Assembly (NCBI GenBank): GCA_951406725.2
Contig: OX597816.1
Span: 56,234,001 to 56,298,000 of the forward strand
DNA: 64,000 bases
Direction of reading: 5' to 3'
Origin: Octopus vulgaris
Lineage: Eukaryota
Shown: positions 51,481 to 64,000 of the stretch, piece by piece
Layout of the letters: every line of letters begins with the position of its first letter
How positions within the stretch are numbered: the stretch's first letter is position 1
The notes under the pieces: generated by a model
The model's input: the letters and a program-made list of their open reading frames with translations, nothing else
What the model was told of the DNA's origin: nothing
Database searches by the model: none
Made by a program: the position numbers and the translations under genes

Positions 51481-52659
51481 GGACAGAGAAACTCGCTGTC
51501 CACATTAATAGGCCATTTATTATTGCTCTTGTTCTTGCTGTTGTTATCATTGTCATTATCGTTCGTAATGTTGTTATCGCTTCAATGAGCAGACTTATAC
51601 GAAAGGCTTCCCAGCCCTGGTCACTCTGTTCAGTTCCTCTAGAGACTGAACCCAGGAACAAACTGCGTCCTTTTCTATGACGACGGGATTAAAAAAGAAA
51701 TGTGTCTGTTATTTCTAGCAGACCCAAAATATAAAAGAGGCGCCAGAATTATTTGCTAAAGAATATATTTACAAACTATATTTGCTATTCGATGTGGTTA
51801 TTCGTGCTCGTGTTTCTGTTGTTGTTGCTCTTGCTCTTGTTGACTAGCTGCAGACAAGAACTAGTAAAATAGAAATATGATCAAAAGGCATTCCGACCGT
51901 AACCATCTCTGTCTATTTCTGAGTTTTTTTTTTAACATCCTTGTGTCTTGGATATAATAAATCCGAAGACAATTATTTAAAAATGTACGGTGTGACTTGA
52001 AGGAGATTTGGCTGCTGTTTCTAGCAAGTCAAGCGACGAAACAGAGACATCCCCTCCCTCCCTCCCTACCCAATATGGCCATTAGCGAGGAAAAGACGAA
52101 GGTGGTGACTTTTAGCTTAAAAGGGACGTCGAAGATATCCGAAGCATTAGTAACTATCTTTTCTAATGGTATAACACAGACACATTCACATACAGAAATA
52201 TACTCTGAATCAATCATGCAATATGCACACGCACACATATACACACACATATGCATATATTACACACGCAAGCACATATAACACATACACATATACATAT
52301 ATTTACAAGTATACATACATCGACACGTGAGTGTGTGTGTCCGCGTTTGGTGGTGTGCATGTGTGCATGTGTGTGTGAGCTCGTGTAGCGAAACTGCATA
52401 AGTTACAGATTCTAGTCTTACGTTTCCGCTCCTCAGGCGAAAGCGGTCTGAGAAGCGGAAACGCGAAGCAAGATATTGTGTCATGTGAAGCCTCACTTTG
52501 AAAACAGTAGGCAGAGACGTTTCATTACATCTAGCATTGCTATTTCTCGCCTCCAGTTTGTAAACAAAATATTTGCCTAATTATACTTCTGTCTGCGTCT
52601 GTTTACATATTCATATCTGTGCATATGTGTGCGTATGCATATACATAAAATAAATACAT

Positions 52660-52684
52660 ACATATACATGTATGTATATAAATA

Positions 52685-52724
<40 letters not shown>

Positions 52725-52846
52725 TACATATATATACATATACATATATATATATACATATATGTATATATATATATGTATATATATATATGTATATATA
52801 TACATATATATATATATGTATATATATATATATGTATATATATGTA

Positions 52847-52890
<44 letters not shown>

Positions 52891-53080
52891 TACATATATA
52901 TACATATACATATATATATATACATATATGTATATATATATATGTATATATATATATATGTATATATATATACATATATATATATACGTATATATATACA
53001 TATATATATACATATATATATACATATATATATATATACATATATATATACATATATATATATATACATATATGTACATG

Positions 53081-53150
<70 letters not shown>
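52660..53150. repeat. Degenerate (TA)n/(TATG)/(TACA) microsatellite field
   Basis: Direct reading. Confidence 0.97.
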
Positions 53151-53151
<1 letters not shown>

Positions 53152-53209
53152 TAATAGTTATCGCCATACTAATATGGCAGTCTATAAATAAGAGACTTAG
53201 TAATTTTAA

Positions 53210-53265
<56 letters not shown>

Positions 53266-53311
53266 TAGATACATGCATACATATATATATGTATGTGTAT
53301 ATATATGTGAG

Positions 53312-53374
<63 letters not shown>

Positions 53375-54010
53375 TTATATACGTACTTATATGTGTGTTT
53401 GCGTTTGTGTATACGGAAACACACACACACACTTATATAATTACGTATTCCTGGTGCTCATTGTAGACATCATTGAGAGCTAAATCAAGATAAATCATAT
53501 ATGATATATTATTAACCTATAAGCCAACGAAACATGCAAAGTTCAAATTACTCAACACATTTCTGAAGTCATTAACGAAGTGATACTTCTGTTAATGTGT
53601 GTCCGCTGAATACATTTCGTTTCATTGAAACTCGAAATAAATGTTCAATGAAGTCCTACATGACAGCCGTGTCTCTTTATTCAGTATGTATCGCCTAATT
53701 GGATACATACACTGTAGCTGTTGCTATATGTTCATGAATATCTCTCCAACCGAAAGAAATGCTCATTACTGCTAGTTTTAAAAGTAACAACTATATTTTT
53801 ATGTACCCACGCATATGTAACCGACACACACAGTTACAGATGTATAATATGCACGCACACAAACAAATAAATACACAAACGCACAGGCATACAAACATAT
53901 AAACTCAATGGCCAATATTTTTTAAAGCTTACAAACAAACATATAGGAATATATGTGTAGATGCATATGTAGGCACACACATATACATCTCTCACCCCTC
54001 TCTCTCTCTT

Positions 54011-54060
<50 letters not shown>

Positions 54061-54064
<4 letters not shown>

Positions 54065-54250
54065 ATCCAAAAGAGCGAAGAACAAACACACACACACTCA
54101 CAAACAAAAAGCAACAACGCGAGGACTTTATTAGCAAATGACCAGGGAAGGGGAGAAAGGTGGTTTTACGTTTCGAAGAAAGATCTTCCGAAAAAGGAAG
54201 ATGGAGGGAAAAAATCGCCAAAAATCCACATGTAGTTTACATTGTGAAAT
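54061..54250 (-). mobile_element. PLE-like element, subfamily P1, with HHR core deleted or decayed
   Basis: gttaatccaa..caacaacgcgaggac..ttacgtttcga..aaaatcgcca homology; 3' end abuts (TA)n. Confidence 0.75.
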
Positions 54251-54260
54251 GTACATTGTG

Positions 54261-54325
<65 letters not shown>

Positions 54326-54331
54326 AATATA

Positions 54332-54367
<36 letters not shown>

Positions 54368-54377
54368 TGTATGTATG

Positions 54378-54408
<31 letters not shown>

Positions 54409-54487
54409 GAAAGAGGACAGCAAAGGACCACTGATGAGATCACAGAAGTGTGACGAAAGAACTCTCACCGAAATACAATAAATATAA

Positions 54488-54715
54488 AAGGAAGCTGAAG
54501 CAAGATAGTGTGTGTGTGTGTGTGTGTATGTTTGTGTGTCTGTTTGTCCTCATCACCATCGCTTGGTGTGTTTACGTCCCCGTAATTTGGCCGTTCGGCA
54601 AAAGAGAACGATAGAATAAATACTAAGCGTAGAGAGAATAAGTCCTGGGGTAGATTTCTTCTACTAAAGGTGGTGTTCCAGCACGGCCACAGTCAAATTA
54701 CACTAACAAGTAAAA
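54488..54715 (+). mobile_element. SINE family A 3' half
   Basis: Family homology. Confidence 0.8.
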
Positions 54716-54723
54716 TGTGTGTG

Positions 54724-54786
<63 letters not shown>

Positions 54787-54800
54787 TTATATATATATTA

Positions 54801-55151
54801 TCTGAAGTGTACAGTATTATATATCCATTACGGCCGATCGTAGCTATCGGTTTCGCGTTATGGATTCAACGGAATGTTAGGTAACAATCCGATTATGCAA
54901 CACTACGCTCATCAAAGGTACCCGATCGCCATATTTCATTGCATATCGGCTACCTCTGATGAATGCAGGGTTACATAATTGGACCGTTATCTAACACTCC
55001 GTTGAAACCCTAGCGCGAAACCGATTGGTAAGATTGGCCGTAATGAATATATAATAATGTACACTACGGACACTGTACCTACTCTATTAACAGATATACG
55101 AGTGCATTTTTTTCTTGATTTTATGGACTCTTAGATGACTTACGAACGTTA
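54801..55151 (+). mobile_element. Foldback PLE-like element, family P4: arms 54801-54926 and 54945-55070 plus a 3' tail; HHR in each arm
   Basis: Right arm CT-CTGATGA-ATGCAGGG..CCCTAGCGC-GAAA-CCGATTGG-TA^AG; left arm (rc) TTGATGA-GCGT..ACGC-GAAA; flanked by (TA)n and (TG)n. Confidence 0.82.
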
Positions 55152-55155
55152 TGTG

Positions 55156-55224
<69 letters not shown>

Positions 55225-55368
55225 GTGTGTGTGTGTGTGTAATCTTATATATACGAGTATTTAATATATACTTACATTCATATATATTCACTAACATTTA
55301 CATGATCTGCATACATATACACATATATATATTTTAGAGCTGTAAGTATACATACAATCCATGTGTAC

Positions 55369-55418
<50 letters not shown>

Positions 55419-56020
55419 CATGCATGCCATATATTTCCTGATATTATGCTATCTATCCTTCATCTAGTCGTGCTTCTCGCCCAGTGTCCTACGAAATATT
55501 GAATCACTGTATTGAACTAGTGAACTGCCTATGCCGCTATCAACAGAAACGGTCGTTCCTGCCTGGCAAGGAATCAGAAATTTGTCGAGTGTAGAATTAT
55601 TGATTTCTGTAAACAAATTCATCTAATCAGCCCTAATATATATTCCAAATACTTATCGATCTCTTGTGGATGCGCAACAAAAATGTTTTATAGATGTTGC
55701 ATTTGGAAAAGGTATTAATTAAATGCCTTAATCTACCTAATACGCTGCTGTTTACCGTTTTTAACCAAACTTTGACGTCACTTATATGGAAAAGCATCAG
55801 ATCAAAAGAGCTTCTTCTCGTAATCGAAGAGACTTCGAAGTTCTACAATCCGTTTGGATTATTTATATCCTCAAAATTCTATATTCATGGATTCTACTCC
55901 TGCTGTACTCCCTTCGTCTTTGATCTTTATACTGTCAGTGGAATGATTCAAATATTTCACCGTATATATGCTCTGTAAAAGCCCTCGGCTTACTTACAAT
56001 AGATAAGCTTTATCACAATA

Positions 56021-56680
56021 GTGAAGGCACGTGGCCTTGTGGTCAGTCGTGATGCATTCAGGATCGTGAAATCGTGGCTTCGATTCCAAAACCAGCTGTG
56101 CGTTGTGTTCTTGAGCAAGACTCTTCATTTTACATTACCCCAGCCCACTCAGCTGTAAATGATTCCACTCTGCGACCATCTAGCCTTCCTGTCAGGAGGA
56201 CTGTCGGCATGCTTGCCTAGTAACTGGGGTGGGCACCATTCGAAAGCTATGCAAAGTGCATTGTGATCAGCGATGTATAACAACATCCGATAGTCTGATC
56301 GATCACACGATCACTATAACGAACCCAAAAAATGTATGTAATTACACTTGTAATGAGGAGTGAAGGCGCATGGTTCAGTGGTTAGAGCGTCGGGCTCAGA
56401 ATCATTAGGTAGTGAGTATGATTCTTGAACTAGTTACTTCATTTCACGTTGCCCCAGTTCCCTCAGCTGTAGAAATGAGTTATGATGTCACTGGTGCCAA
56501 GCTGTATCGGCCTCTTTGCCTTTCCTCTTGATAACATCAGTGTCATAGAGAGGGGAGGCTTGCATGCATGGGCGACTTCTGGTCTTTTATAAAACAACTT
56601 AGCCCAGACTTGTGGCTCGGAGGAGAACTTTCGAGGTGCAATCGCATGTTCATTCTTGACCGAGGCGTGGCAGGAGACTC
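56021..56680 (+). mobile_element. Two SINE family C copies (56021-56315 and 56360-56680)
   Basis: gtgaaggc heads and ctcagctgta core. Confidence 0.85.
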
Positions 56681-57005
56681 CTCCTTTGCTCTCATGTAAA
56701 ACAATGGAAGCAATTTGAGTAAACATTAACTGAAAACAGTTTGAATGATATTGTGGCTCATTTTTATTATCTACGGGAGACAAAACAGAATATTTAGACT
56801 TTATGAGAGCTCATCAGTAAAACATGGTATGACCTGTTATTGTCTGAATGGGTCGGTGTTGCAGCTAATGATGTCAATTCCACTGGGTGGTTGACAGCAT
56901 AAACTTGTTATTTGGAAACGACCAAGGAAAGTTTTCGACGCAGAATATATAAATTACTTTTAACATATTAAATTCAGTTTGCATCAAAAGCTAACGAAGA
57001 ATACA

Positions 57006-59694
57006 GATGAAATAACAGCGGAAACACCAATATTAATCAATAGCAAATATCATTTTATTTATTTTGGCTGGTATGGGAGAGAATTCCAGATATGTTTTGG
57101 TATTTTTATGACCTCATCAGCTAAACACAAACTTCATTCTATTTGCCGATGTGGTTATTGGGTGATTCTCAAAATAAATGTATCAGACTGTACAATGATT
57201 AATGAAGAACACTACCATTGTTTTCGAGTTGTGTTCACAAATTAAATGTCACAACTGACCTCCGATTTAACATCACCCCCTTGCACACCCTAGTCACTGA
57301 AACTTTGTAAATGGATGTGAGCACCACTTTGGTTAAAAGATATAAAGTGTTATAAAACTGTCTTTAAACAATTTGGCAGTTCTTAAATCTAACGCCACAA
57401 CTAGGATTTATGGAATTTTGTCTTAAACAAAACTTTGTTTTAGACAAAATTCCCGCACGAGACCCTATTATGATGTCATTTTTCTCACAGATCTTATTAT
57501 TTGCTATAGATTCCACGATATCCTGAAGGTCAGAAATATGCTTGTACAATTAGGAATATAGAATTAAACCAGTAAAACTTATCGAACATAAATTTGTTTA
57601 AAATTAAGACTAATTATCATATTTCGCCCTCAGAATCTCATGTGATCCCTCATGGAATCTCAGTGAACCGTGGAGACTCGGTCGTGAAGTGCTAGTTTAG
57701 AGACAGGAGTACCATCTGCCTGGGATATAGTACTAGTTAGTCTTAGCATATTAATTACAAGAAAGAATCATAAAATTAGAAAATGTATGTTACTCGTCCT
57801 ATGACGGCTAACACACATTTTTCAAAAGAGAAAACTGCCTGACCTTAAAATTGTGTCAAATATTGGCACAAGGCCAGCAATTTTGAGGGAACGTGATAAG
57901 TCGATTACGGAACCCAAGTGTTTGGCTTGTTCTTTATTTTATCGACTCTGAAAAGATAATTGACGAACTCGATCGCAACGGGATCTGGAATTCTGAATGA
58001 ACAAATACTGGCAAGCTGTTCTTTCCTATGTCCTAACGCTTTCTGCCTGATCAACACCTTTTCTCATTTGCATAATTCCACCCATAATTACTCTCTCACT
58101 TAACCCCTCTCCTTCTCCTCCTGCCACCAAGCCTAATATGTGCAATCATCCTGCACCACTTATGTCAACACACACACACACTCTCTCTCTCTCTCTATCT
58201 ATCTAACTGTTTCTCTTCTCCCTCTTTCCCTCTCCCCCTCTCTCTCTCTCTCTCTCTCTTTGCCTCTCTCTATAAGATATATAAAGGGTGACTAGTGAAT
58301 TAACCAGCCAGCCAGCTTGCCAGCATTTATCTCGGTGATTATTACTGTGTGGAGAAAATTCTGTTCTGCAGAAAAGGTGGTACTAATGCCGGCGATATAC
58401 AAATCTGTTTTACAATAACAATGTCTTTTTGTTGTGCTGTGTGAAATATTTCTCATTTTTACAGAATAACTTACGTAATTTTTTTTATCAAATATCTCCA
58501 ATATTCCTTCTGCTGTAGTAAGCCAAGGGATTATCATTAAGCAGTTTATACGTTTAATCTAGAGAGCTTTTCTTCGTCACAGAATAAATATTTAATTGTT
58601 TTAACAATGAACATTTTAATGATTACTTAATCGGTGGAATATTATTGGAAATATAATGTCTTGAAATCGTACAGCTGCTGTTACTGTTTCGTAGTAGAGG
58701 TGGGGATGGATGGGGATGAGTGGTGGTGGTGGTGTCGGCGGTTGGTGTTGGCGATGACGACGACGACGATGACGCTGATTATGATGATGACGATGACTAT
58801 GGTGATGACGATAATTCCAGTGAATCATAGACATTTGGCATCAATAATTAAAACGAGAGGGAAAAGCGTTGAACAAAATGTATAAATACTTCTGTTATAT
58901 GTCGTGGAGGAGACAGGAGTCCGATCTAACGCTTCAGATAAGACCCTTGGTCGGGCAAATAAATAAATAACAATGTATCTATTCATTTCTAATATTTTAT
59001 AACATATTCCAACTTGAAAATACTGAAAGCAGTTGTGTTTCGCCATCGAAGAGAACCTCCTCCGTTAAGATAATACGGATTCATAACACATGCGATTCAT
59101 TGACGTAGAGGGATTTAGAGATACCGCACTGTTTCGACCTTATTCTGTGTCACCTCAATCAGAGCTATCACTGATCAATGAATCTAATAAGAGGAATAAA
59201 GATGTAGTGATGAAATAACAGCGGAAACACCGATATTAATCAATAGCAAATATTATTTTATTTATTTTGGCTGGAATGGGAGAGAATTCCAGATACGTTC
59301 TGGTCTTTTTATGACTTCATCAGCTAAACACAAACTTCATTGTATTTGCCGAAGTGGTTGCTGGGTGATTCTCAAAATAAATGTATCAGACTGTACAATA
59401 CTTAATGAAGAACACTACCATTGTTTTCAAGTTGTGTTCTTCAAAATTGTAATCCCTAAAACCGCATAAAACGCAGTACTTACCTCAAGCAGCCCTTATA
59501 TGCAAGTTTTAATATATTATTTAGTCGTGTTTTTTTCTTTCACTTTCACAAATTAAATTTCGCAACAGACCTCCGTTTTAACATCACCCCCTAGCACATT
59601 GGCTGCCATTTAACGACATCCATTCTACTGCAAAGCTCGTGCCAGGTGCCTTCCCCCCGCTCCACCGCTGTCAGCGAAACTTTGTAAATGGATG
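57006..59694. repeat. Direct duplication of 57006-57317 at 59209-59694
   Basis: Closely colinear sequence; the first copy lacks two internal segments. Confidence 0.9.
57860..58060 (-). mobile_element. Degenerate SINE family B
   Basis: ttggcacaaggccagcaatttt..tttatcgac homology. Confidence 0.7.
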
Positions 59695-60348
59695 ATTATA
59701 GAAATCAGCTCAAAAATTGTGTTGTAAACACAAATTGCCTAAAGGGATGAGGTATTCTCCGATGAGGAAGTACAACAATCATCAATATATTAACGTTCGA
59801 ATCTGCAATGCTATTGCTTTGCGAACACCGATGAAATATTAACAGTTTCGCAGACATCATCACGTGTCAACAAATAATTAGTTTACTGGTTTCTATAAAC
59901 AAGAACTCATGCTCTTGTCGGATTCATCGGTCAGGTGGAATGTGTCTGACTGAGAACACACATACTACGGTCGAAATACTACGGTGTCTAAAAACATCCT
60001 TACACCAGTAAATCACGTGTGTTATGAAAACAAATTGTTTAAAGAGAGGAGATCTTCTCCGATGAAGGAAAACAACAGTGATTGGTATCTTCATGTTCAA
60101 ATTTAGCAGAATATATTAAGAATGACAAGAAAACTTTATTGTTTGGGTTGTCGCTGTTCTGCATGGTCACCATAAACAAAAAAAAAAACAAACAAATAAA
60201 TAAATGATAGCTTAATGAAAGATGGGCCCTGCCTGAAAATTAAAATTCCTATCGCAAACAATGCAAAAATTCATAAACTTTCATGAAAGTGTGTCAAATA
60301 TTTTGCCTTTAAAAGAAAATATCACTTTAGCACAGATATATATATATG

Positions 60349-60458
<110 letters not shown>

Positions 60459-60900
60459 TATACATACATATATATGTATGTTTGTATTTATGTATATGTA
60501 TATATATAATGGATGTTTGAATAATACAAGAGGGACATCTGTGCCGTGAATCATACGTGAACTGCTTATTCACGTGTGTATGTGAGTGGGGTGGATGTAA
60601 TTGCTGTATTAATAATGCCAAATCTATTTCCCACGCTGCTAATATCAAAACCCTTATCACCAACTGAATGATAAAAAAAAACACACAATCAGACATACAG
60701 CATTTCATGAACACACAAGTTTTCAGGTGGGTCAACGTTCTTGACCTAGCCAGGTCAAAGGTCAAGACCATAATATAATAGTATTTATGTTACTTTAAAT
60801 ATAATATTTATCTATAATAAAGTCTATATAAGAAACATTATTGGCTTTGTGATACATTTCTCTCTCCCCACTCTCTCTCTATTTCTGCTTACTATTACCA

Positions 60901-60955
<55 letters not shown>

Positions 60956-61133
60956 GGCTGCTGCTGCTGCATCTTCTGCTGCTGAAGAAGGTATTATAAA
61001 ATAAGTAAAATATATACATATATATGGAGGGTATGTGTCTGTGAATATGTATGATATATATACGCGTGCGTGCACCCATTAATACACACACACACACACA
61101 TATATATATTATATCTGTATGTATTTATGTATG

Positions 61134-61208
<75 letters not shown>

Positions 61209-61250
61209 ATGTATGTATGTATGTATGTATGTATGTATATATATAATAAA

Positions 61251-61389
61251 AAAAGGGCAAGCAACAGGTTGCTGAGCCACATACCGAAAAATTAGAAATA
61301 GCATTCAAAGGCCGCCTATTTCTATTTGAGCGGTCTTTAACTGCTATTTCTAATTTTTCGGTATGTGGCTAAGCAACCTGTTGCTTGCC

Positions 61390-61394
<5 letters not shown>
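61251..61394. mobile_element. Palindromic MITE/foldback element in (TA)n
   Basis: 53-bp arms with one mismatch (AAAAGGGCAAGCAACAGGTTGCT..TAGCA), extended by an imperfect inner stem. Confidence 0.88.
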
Positions 61395-61433
<39 letters not shown>

Positions 61434-61647
61434 AAATAAGAAAATGGAGAAATACATCTAAATCAAATATCAATTACCATGGAGGGTTGCATTTACAACC
61501 CCTATCTCAATTTGTATAAATATATATTTATAGAACTTTTTTTAATAAGTTCCAACCGATAATGGTTATATTTCCATACCGAAATCTACTCGGAGATAAT
61601 TGTTGGTTTTTAAAAATTAATAATTATTTACCCTTATATTATCAATA

Positions 61648-61696
<49 letters not shown>

Positions 61697-62220
61697 TGTG
61701 TGTGTGTGTGTGTGTGTGTGTGTACATATATGATGATATAATGGCTGCAATTCGATTTCGACGACGCCATCGCTTGTTTGTTCTGCCTTGCAGAGTGCCG
61801 GCCACACAATCTAAGCATTTGCTCTAAAGCAAAGACTAATCTACATCGTTGAAACGAAGTCGCAGCTATTTCAGCAAGGATTTCTTTCTCCCCAAAACTA
61901 GGGAGTTTTTAAACAAAAACCAGGGAGTCTCTCGCTCCCTGCTTTGGGCTGGCCGTTGACCCAGCAGTGTTTATGCTGGTTTTGATTTTTGCTCTGCAGA
62001 GCGTCCAATGAAAACCACCATCCTTACCAAACAGGTTCGGTTGGGTTCTCAGTTTAGTTGCCGAGGGCCCGAATTTGCAACAGGTTGTACAGGGTTACAT
62101 TTAACCAGAAGCACTAAGGGTGACCTGGCATCCATCCATATATGTCCATCCATCCATCCATCCATCCATCCATCCATCCATCCATACATACATACATGCA
62201 TACATACATATATATACATA

Positions 62221-62428
62221 CAGAAGCCTAGGTGAGGGTGTATAGTTTCCCAGTCACACGGTCCCAGGTTCAGTCCCACTGCATAGTGTCTACAAGTGTC
62301 TTCTACTATAGCATCCGGCCGACCACAAATGTCTGAATGGATTTATTAGGCGGAAACTGAAAGAAGCCTGTTGCATGTGCTTACGTGCGTATATGTGTGT
62401 TTGTTTGTTTGTGTGTGTGTGCGTGTGT

Positions 62429-62477
<49 letters not shown>

Positions 62478-62660
62478 TGTGTGTGTGTGTTTGTCCCTCA
62501 CCACAACACTTGACAACCGGTGTTTATGTAGCCGTTAACTAAGTGGTTCGGCAAAAGTTTCCGACAGAATAAGTAGCAGGCTTTAATGAAAAAAGCCAGT
62601 GCTCTTATTGTCCGCTCCACTACAACACTTCTTGGCGGTACCCAGGATGGCTTTTGTCTA
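62221..62660 (+). mobile_element. Diverged SINE family A
   Basis: Family homology. Confidence 0.8.
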
Positions 62661-62719
62661 ATAATTAAAGCAAAGTAAGAATTAAAAGATGCACACACAC
62701 ATACATACATACATAGGAT

Positions 62720-63215
62720 GAGCCTATAAGAGCAGGAAACTAGGCATGGATATGTTAGTAGAAATCTCCGTGATTATCAAAGCAGTTTATTATGGACTAA
62801 TTACTACCTCCCACTTTGAAAGGTATGCGTTTGCAATCCAGGGACAGGAAATATCAATCAAGTACCTGATGTACAAAAGGGATAGAGATGCAGGAAAAGC
62901 AGTAAAATTTTACAACCGATGCAGACTTTGTGGAGTTATCACCGAAGATGTCACCCACATCATAAGCAGTTGTCTGAAAATGTCATCACGGTATTATCTA
63001 CCGATGAGACATGGCGTTGTGGCTAGGGCACTCTTTAATGAAATCTGTTGAAAGGATAATCCCGAGGACAAAGAAATAAGAACCTACAATATAGTAGAAT
63101 CCATAGCCACTCATAATAAAAAGGAATATGGGTGGAATGTCTTAGTGAAGACCTCAATAAAATGTAAGCACAACAGACCTGAGATAATGATTTGAGATAG
63201 AGAAGAGAGTATATG
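62720..63215 (+). mobile_element. REL-type (R4/Dong-like) LINE fragment
   Basis: FAIQGQEI, CRLCG..EDVTHIISSC zinc knuckle, RH..VA, HNRPEI. Confidence 0.85.
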
Positions 63216-63469
63216 TATTGATGGCGGTGGACAAAGCATCACGTGATTGACATTTTGATGACGTAGTCAAGAATGTTTTACGAACTTGAGTAATTTAAAT
63301 ATTTTACTTTTCAATTCGTCTGATCAAATAATGTCTGCTGACAGTTTTTAACAATTCTTTTAATCTGCTTACATTATTTATAACGGATTAGAGCGGATTA
63401 AGAGAATTATCTCCCTTGCTTTAAGTAAACTTCATTTATGAAGAATTGGAGAAGCTTATCTCATGTTTC

Positions 63470-64000
63470 TAGCTGCTGTTGTTGTGGAGGCGGCGGCGGC
63501 GGCTGCGGCGGTGGTGGTTATAGGAGAGGAGTCCTAACGGTGAGAGCTGCGGTGGTGCCTATGGTGACCATGGTCATTGCGATGGTTGTAGTATTGATTG
63601 TGGTTAGGGTGGCGGCGGTGGTAATGACGGCGGCGGCGGCAATGGAGGCGGCGGCGGCGGCGGAGGGAGAGAGGGCGAGGCGGTGGTGGTGGAGGCGGCG
63701 GCGGAGACGGAGGCGGGGACAGCGGTGGTGGTGGTCGTGGTGGTGGTGGTAGTGGTGGTGGTGGTGCCGGTGGTCGTGCCGGCGGCGGCGGAAGCGGCGG
63801 TGGAGGCGGCGGCGGAAGCGGCGGTGGAGGCGGCGGATTTGGCAGCGGAGGCAGAGGCGGGGACAGCGGTGGTAGTGGTGGTGGTGGTGGTGGTGGTGGT
63901 GGTGGTTGTGGTTGTGGTGGTGTTGTTGGTTGTGGTGCTGATGCTGGTGGTGCTGGTGCTGGTGGCGGCGGTGGTGGTGGTGGGTGGAGGTGGTGCAGTT
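63470..64000. repeat. (GGC/GGT)n low-complexity GC-rich repeat
   Basis: Direct reading; frameshifts and stops in the Gly frame. Confidence 0.9.

Noticed and set aside
59475-59680. YY1-like AAATGGCAGCC and donor GAGGTAAGT on the minus strand (possible first exon)
   Set aside because: Short motifs expected by chance; no downstream coding exons found
61550-61600. CCGATAA-T-GGT..ACC-GAAA, a degenerate HHR in a TA-flanked insert
   Set aside because: Two core changes and no convincing helix I or III in this single copy
63438-64000. Gly-rich protein exon with GGGGS-like repeats
   Set aside because: The Gly frame shifts and contains stops; consistent with GGN microsatellite expansion

Overview
AT-rich, microsatellite-dense eukaryotic DNA. 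The SINE set, Dong/R4-like fragments and (TA)n density resemble an Octopus/cephalopod genome (recognition from memory, not a database result). I found no host protein-coding gene, and most ORFs in the track are translations of simple repeats. The window is almost entirely transposon-derived. It holds three tRNA-derived SINE families, one young 5'-truncated CR1-group LINE with an intact RT frame plus older fragments, two decayed mariner elements, Dong/R4-type REL LINE fragments in (TAA)n, a non-autonomous Helitron, MITEs, and hAT and P-like fossils. The most notable signal is a set of at least 9 short non-coding elements, of at least three sequence types, carrying minimal type-I hammerhead ribozyme (HHR) motifs with a palindromic helix III, typical of Penelope-like element (PLE) termini and retrozymes. 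They dock with the same polarity onto (TA)n-type microsatellites. Two are foldback elements with an HHR in each arm, and one subfamily shares a variant CUGUAGA core. One tRNA-headed SINE also ends in such an HHR module. A near-perfect 250-bp nested palindrome sits in the same TA-repeat niche.
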